64,000 nucleotides of DNA from the IMG/VR virus record IMGVR_UViG_3300035390_000014, positions 135,888 to 199,887 of that record; one strand, written 5' to 3'. Position 1 is the stretch's first letter. Every line of letters starts with the position of its first letter. Source of the stretch: a virus. Positions 59,552 to 64,000 of the stretch are shown one piece after another. The notes beneath the pieces were generated by a model. It ran no database searches and was not told the origin of the DNA. It worked only from the letters and a program-made list of their open reading frames with translations. The position numbers and the translations under genes were made by a program.

Positions 59552-60172
59552 ATGGAAATTGATCTAAAGTATCCTAAAGGTAAAAACGGTAAAGCCGTGT
59601 GTCAAGAGTGTGGTGGTGAATTTATGTTAATCAGTCCAGCTCATTTAAAGAAACATGGGATCACCATGGCCGAGTATAAGTTGAAATACCCTGGTTGTCC
59701 AGTCTCTGGAGCAGAATATAAAGCAACTAAAAATGTATATCATGATAGTATTCTATTTAAAAATGATGAAGGACTTCCATCTGAACCATTAGATGATGAT
59801 ATAGCTTTGGCTGAATTATCAGAAGGTATATATAAACATAGTATTTTAAATCTAGAAGGTGTTTCAAAAAACAAAGCTGATATATTAACTTTCCTTCATG
59901 ATGCCTATCCATACTTAGAAGATAACTATAGTATTGAAAAAAGACATTTCCATGATGAAAGTTTGTTATGGAAATATATAACAGATATGGCTGATCCAAT
60001 TAAAAAAGTTATTTTTGATTTTCCAGATGCTTTTTGGCATAATGAAGATGCATATCCTGATCCTCAAAAGTATGATAAACTAAGGGAAGACGGTTGGATA
60101 GTTATTGTTGTTGATAAACATTATCCTACTGCACAAGATGTATACCAAGACACTGATATTATAAGCGACTAA
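59552..60172 (+). CDS. Zinc-finger protein with a degenerate endonuclease-like C terminus
   Basis: CQECG...HLKKHGIT..EYK..YP and FWH....GW motifs. Confidence 0.55.
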   Translation: MEIDLKYPKGKNGKAVCQECGGEFMLISPAHLKKHGITMAEYKLKYPGCPVSGAEYKATKNVYHDSILFKNDEGLPSEPLDDDIALAELSEGIYKHSILNLEGVSKNKADILTFLHDAYPYLEDNYSIEKRHFHDESLLWKYITDMADPIKKVIFDFPDAFWHNEDAYPDPQKYDKLREDGWIVIVVDKHYPTAQDVYQDTDIISD

Positions 60173-60249
60173 GATACTATTATGACTAGAACATATTATA
60201 AATTGCCAATCAATTATGATCTTCAATTATTAAATACCTATGATGTTAC

Positions 60250-60293
60250 TTGGGGTGGCTTATTTCATACATAAGTCACCCCAAATTTTCCGT
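60250..60293 (+). terminator. Terminator with a TTCCGT tail
   Basis: TTGGGGTGGCTTAT/ATAAGTCACCCCAA followed by ATTTTCCGT. Confidence 0.75.
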
Positions 60294-60477
60294 TGTAATA
60301 ATCCATTATGTTATATTATGTATTAATATATATAGAATAACTTTCTTAAAAATATGGTGCCAGCATGTATAATGTAATAGAACATATTATAAATAATTGT
60401 AGAATTTAGTGGTTTTTACCACTTTAAAAACTTAAAAGTTTAAAAATTCACTAGAAAGAATTTAATTGGAGGAAAAT

Positions 60478-61287
60478 ATGGGAAATCCAATTCCTATTCA
60501 GGAAAGAAGTGTTGATCCTTATTCTAGTTATAACTCAGATGTGGTAAACAAACTCACTAGAATTGTATCAGATGGTAAGAATACTTTATTAATGCCATCT
60601 CCAATATATGTTGAAATTGTTGATAATACTCATGTTATGGCTAAAGCAGGTAAGGCAATAATGGATGATGTATTAATTGAAATAGAAGATTTAAGTGTAG
60701 ATATGACCGATGGTTCTTTCTATCTCAATGTTGGAACTGGAACATGGGACGAATCTGGATATTATTATGTAGTTTTAGATTATCAGTATAATAAAATTTC
60801 GCCACCACCAGAGGCAAGTATAAAACTTATTAAACCATCCCAAAGAGGATCTTTATATGATCCATTATTACATTTATTTATATCCGCTATTTATGTAACA
60901 AACCCAGGTGGTGGATATGAAGTAAATGCTATATTTGAATATGATCCTGATAATCCATCTATTGCAAGAGAAGCAGTGGGTGGTGGTAGTCCTGGTACAA
61001 CAGTTGTATATACTGAACTTGCATCTGGCAACCATGAAGCTACTACTAATGATGATACTATAGTTATTGATACGTCACTTGGAAATGCTACTATTATATT
61101 ACCATTAGCATCTACTTCAGAGCGTATGATTAGAATAGTAAAATTAACACCTGATGCTAATACGATAACAATTGAAGCTTACCCGGGTGACAGCATTGAA
61201 GGAAACGCATATAAAGTGTTATCTAATCAATATGATGCTATATCAATAATACCATACCCAACAAATAATGTTTGGATTGAGGTATAA
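60478..61287 (+). CDS. Virion structural protein (tail/fibre-like)
   Basis: Beta-rich C terminus (I.LP.A....R.I.IVK.....N.ITI); class 1 promoter. Confidence 0.55.
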   Translation: MGNPIPIQERSVDPYSSYNSDVVNKLTRIVSDGKNTLLMPSPIYVEIVDNTHVMAKAGKAIMDDVLIEIEDLSVDMTDGSFYLNVGTGTWDESGYYYVVLDYQYNKISPPPEASIKLIKPSQRGSLYDPLLHLFISAIYVTNPGGGYEVNAIFEYDPDNPSIAREAVGGGSPGTTVVYTELASGNHEATTNDDTIVIDTSLGNATIILPLASTSERMIRIVKLTPDANTITIEAYPGDSIEGNAYKVLSNQYDAISIIPYPTNNVWIEV

Positions 61288-61298
61288 GGAGGGTAACG

Positions 61299-61823
61299 AT
61301 GGATTATAAACATAGAAATGCAGTTAGTAAAGTTGCACACACAACAAGTGTAGGAAATGCAACATTTGATATTGGTAGTGGATTAACTGATAGATTTAGA
61401 AAAATTTATTCTCAAAACTTTGAAGGTGATACATCTGGTGCCTATTACGCTGATCTTGCAGAAAAATATACAGTAGACCCAGAAATTGAATTATCTATTG
61501 GAACTTTAATTGAAGTTTCTGATAGTGATTTTGATGCTGAGTTATGTGACACACCATTATCTCAACATGTTATTGGAGTTATATCTGAGAGTCCTGGTTT
61601 TCTAATGAATAAAGGATTAGAAGATAGTGCAGTTGTTGGTTTAGTAGGAACACTTCCAATTAAAGTTATTGGACCTGTTATGAAAAAAGATATATTAGTT
61701 TCTGCAGGTAAAGGTTGTTTAAGAGTGGCAGAAACAGAAGACGAATATAAATATAAAGTAGCAATTTCATTTGAAACAAATGATAACTATAATGAAAAAT
61801 TAGTTAAATGTTTTATTAAATAA
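61299..61823 (+). CDS. Tail-fibre chaperone/peptidase G2 autocleavage-like domain protein
   Basis: YADLAEKY, IGVISE.PG.LMN and V.LVG..P.KV.G motifs. Confidence 0.65.
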   Translation: MDYKHRNAVSKVAHTTSVGNATFDIGSGLTDRFRKIYSQNFEGDTSGAYYADLAEKYTVDPEIELSIGTLIEVSDSDFDAELCDTPLSQHVIGVISESPGFLMNKGLEDSAVVGLVGTLPIKVIGPVMKKDILVSAGKGCLRVAETEDEYKYKVAISFETNDNYNEKLVKCFIK

Positions 61824-61827
61824 AGGA

Positions 61828-62943
61828 ATGGCGATGAACTTTGAATTTCAGTTAGTTTTGACAGAGAAATGTAATTTAAGATGCACTTATTGTTATATGA
61901 AAAAAAATCCTAAAGATATGACCAGGGCTATATTTCATAAACATTATGACATGCTTCCTCATATGATGAAGAAGTATAATAAAACAACATATACAGCAGC
62001 TCTATTTGGTGGGGAACCATTATTAAATTGGGATCTTATAGAATATATAACCCCAATTTTAAACAATGATCCTAAATGTAAACATATAATTATTATGTCA
62101 AATTGTATTGAATTGCAAGATGCTCATAAAAGAAAATTTTTAGAAGATAATAGAATAGCAATTTCAATGTCGTTTGATGGTTTATGGAATGAAACAAACA
62201 GACCATTACCTGGAGGTAAATCAAGTTTACCTATTTATATGACTGAACCATTAAAATCTTATTTTACTGGCAAAGGCAGTTGCAAAGTTATGGTAGCTCC
62301 ATCAAGTGTTCCAACAATGGTAAAGAATTTTATTTGGTTTGTTGAAGAATATGGGATGCCATCTCCTGATTTTACATTAGTTAGAGATGATGTATGGACC
62401 AAAGAAGATGTTCAATTATTTGCTATAGAAACTGAAAAATTAGCTAATGTTATAATTGAATATTTTAATAAAGGTAAGAATGTTATGGCCGGTTTTTTCT
62501 TACTTTATATTCTTGATTTAATGTTTGGTGAATCATATGGAAAAAGACCTCATGGGTGTTTCGCTGGTTGTCATGGAGCGGGATTTATGCCTGATGGAAA
62601 AATTTATCCATGCGCTAGATTTGGTAGCAATGAAAAATTCCCGATTGCTGATTCAATTGAGAAAACTATTTATAGTACTTGTGATAAAATGAAAATCTCA
62701 CAATTCTATAATCCTGCAACTTTTACTAAATGTCAAGAATGTGTTCTAAATAAATATTGTAATGCTGGGTGTAGCTTTCAACAACTTAAACCCGGAGGAA
62801 AAGAATTTGAATCAGCCCCAGTAGATAGCATATGTGAATTATTAAAAATATGCTATAGTCAGTCAATGAGAATTACTAGAGAATTAAAAGACAACAAATT
62901 GTTTGTTGAAATGATCAAAAACTCAATTAAAAATGTAGGCTAA
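61828..62943 (+). CDS. Radical SAM/SPASM domain protein
   Basis: CNLRCTYC, FGGEPLL, C.AG, G.IYPC and C..C.....C.AGC motifs. Confidence 0.9.
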   Translation: MAMNFEFQLVLTEKCNLRCTYCYMKKNPKDMTRAIFHKHYDMLPHMMKKYNKTTYTAALFGGEPLLNWDLIEYITPILNNDPKCKHIIIMSNCIELQDAHKRKFLEDNRIAISMSFDGLWNETNRPLPGGKSSLPIYMTEPLKSYFTGKGSCKVMVAPSSVPTMVKNFIWFVEEYGMPSPDFTLVRDDVWTKEDVQLFAIETEKLANVIIEYFNKGKNVMAGFFLLYILDLMFGESYGKRPHGCFAGCHGAGFMPDGKIYPCARFGSNEKFPIADSIEKTIYSTCDKMKISQFYNPATFTKCQECVLNKYCNAGCSFQQLKPGGKEFESAPVDSICELLKICYSQSMRITRELKDNKLFVEMIKNSIKNVG

Positions 62944-62961
62944 CAAGGAGAGAGAGAAAAA

Positions 62962-63444
62962 ATGGAAATTTTAAACGAAAAAGAAACTGTTATTTTTAAA
63001 TCTGCAGAAACACTTCTGAATGTATCAACTTCACTTAGAGAAATCAATCCTGACGTTGCACAAGCGGTTTTATTTTTGAGTGATAGACTTTTAAAAGCAG
63101 TTGAATTAGAACCTGTTACAGTAGAATCTGCTGCAGTAGAACTTGTTAATGTATGTAATGATGAATTATGTCCTGATTGCGGTGGTATTAAACAAGTTCA
63201 ACATATTGTATGTAATGATGAATTGTGCCCTGACTGTGGTGGCATTAAACAAGATGATATTGTAATTCTTGATCAAAAAGAATCTGTCGATGAATCTACT
63301 AACTGTCATGGTCATCAAGCTGATGGAACAGGGACTGGGCAAACTCAATCTCAAATGAATAAACAAGGTCCTAATAATCATGTTAGTTCTAATATTAAAA
63401 ATGAGATTCAAGAAATGATTAATGAAATTAGAGGTACACTTTAA
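62962..63444 (+). CDS. Protein with a duplicated VCNDELCPDCGGIKQ motif
   Basis: Repeats start at 63150 and 63207; lies between two radical SAM genes. Confidence 0.65.
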   Translation: MEILNEKETVIFKSAETLLNVSTSLREINPDVAQAVLFLSDRLLKAVELEPVTVESAAVELVNVCNDELCPDCGGIKQVQHIVCNDELCPDCGGIKQDDIVILDQKESVDESTNCHGHQADGTGTGQTQSQMNKQGPNNHVSSNIKNEIQEMINEIRGTL

Positions 63445-63446
63445 TT

Positions 63447-64000
63447 ATGGAAATAACTCAAGAAGAGATTGATGGTTTTTTTGGAGATATTAAAGAAATG
63501 TTTACTAAAAAAGAAATTAAAAAAGAATGTGATTTAAAATGCAATGGTTGTACTTTGAATGCATGTAAAACTAACTCTTCTGTTATTACCCCTATAGAAC
63601 CTACCAACACATTAAATACTAAAGTCAAAGATAAATCAGGAACTCAAAGAACAAATGTTATTTATCTAAACACAGATTGTAATTTAAGATGTGAGTATTG
63701 CTATGAAGGTAATAGTAGAAATGGTTTACCTGACCAAGCAAACTGTAAACCTAAAGATGTAGATGCATTTTTAAATGAAATAGTAAGTAGAGAAAAAGGT
63801 TGCATTTCAACAATTGTTATAATGGGAGGAGAACCATTTCTTGCATTTGATATGATATTATACACAATGTATAAAGCTGCATCACTTACTAAAATAAAAG
63901 GAAATGGGTGGGGAATTAGTGTTGTAAGCAACGGAACTTTATTTACTAAAGAAAAATTAACTAGGTATAAAGAAGCCATTGATAAAGTTAGTAAATACCA
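63447..64000 (+). CDS. Radical SAM protein, truncated by the window end
   Basis: MEITQEE... with a Cys-rich N terminus, CNLRCEYC, MGGEPFL and SNGT; reading frame open to the end. Confidence 0.85.
   Translation, partial: MEITQEEIDGFFGDIKEMFTKKEIKKECDLKCNGCTLNACKTNSSVITPIEPTNTLNTKVKDKSGTQRTNVIYLNTDCNLRCEYCYEGNSRNGLPDQANCKPKDVDAFLNEIVSREKGCISTIVIMGGEPFLAFDMILYTMYKAASLTKIKGNGWGISVVSNGTLFTKEKLTRYKEAIDKVSKY

Noticed and set aside
3982..63979. Short opposite-strand or alternative-frame ORFs nested in long genes (e.g. 3982-4170, 7904-8335, 38578-38865, 63701-63979)
   Set aside because: Shadow ORFs with no RBS or motifs, overlapping well-supported genes

Overview
AT-rich segment of a large lytic dsDNA phage with T4-like head genes (portal, prohead protease, major capsid protein, GroES). 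The host is probably Gram-negative and anaerobic (OmpA-like lipoprotein, type IV pilin-like peptide, several radical SAM enzymes). 1-13 kb is an RNA-rich region with six canonical-fold tRNAs (one an amber suppressor), atypical tRNA-like RNAs and a cassette of structured ncRNAs. Five of these RNAs share a bulged terminal stem; four carry tRNA modules, three of them circularly permuted. The cassette lies directly upstream of a Ro60/TROVE-like vWA protein and an ARPP-1-like protein. 13-28 kb holds replication and DNA-modification genes (UDG-PolB fusion, helicase, ThyX, QueE, DpdA/TGT-like, glycosyltransferase). 28-40 kb is head morphogenesis. 40.6-59.4 kb is a minus-strand accessory block with a complete PncA-PncB-NadD-NadE NAD salvage route, a vWA/PP2C/kinase triad, an NAD-dependent ligase and a pilin-like peptide. 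The window ends with structural genes and two radical SAM genes. The strongest candidates for new biology are (1) the Y-RNA-like/permuted-tRNA array with its Ro60-like protein and (2) an amber-containing leader peptide ending in RPP-stop ahead of a PTH2-like gene and a CUA tRNA. All calls come from manual motif and base-pair reading; no searches or folding programs were run.
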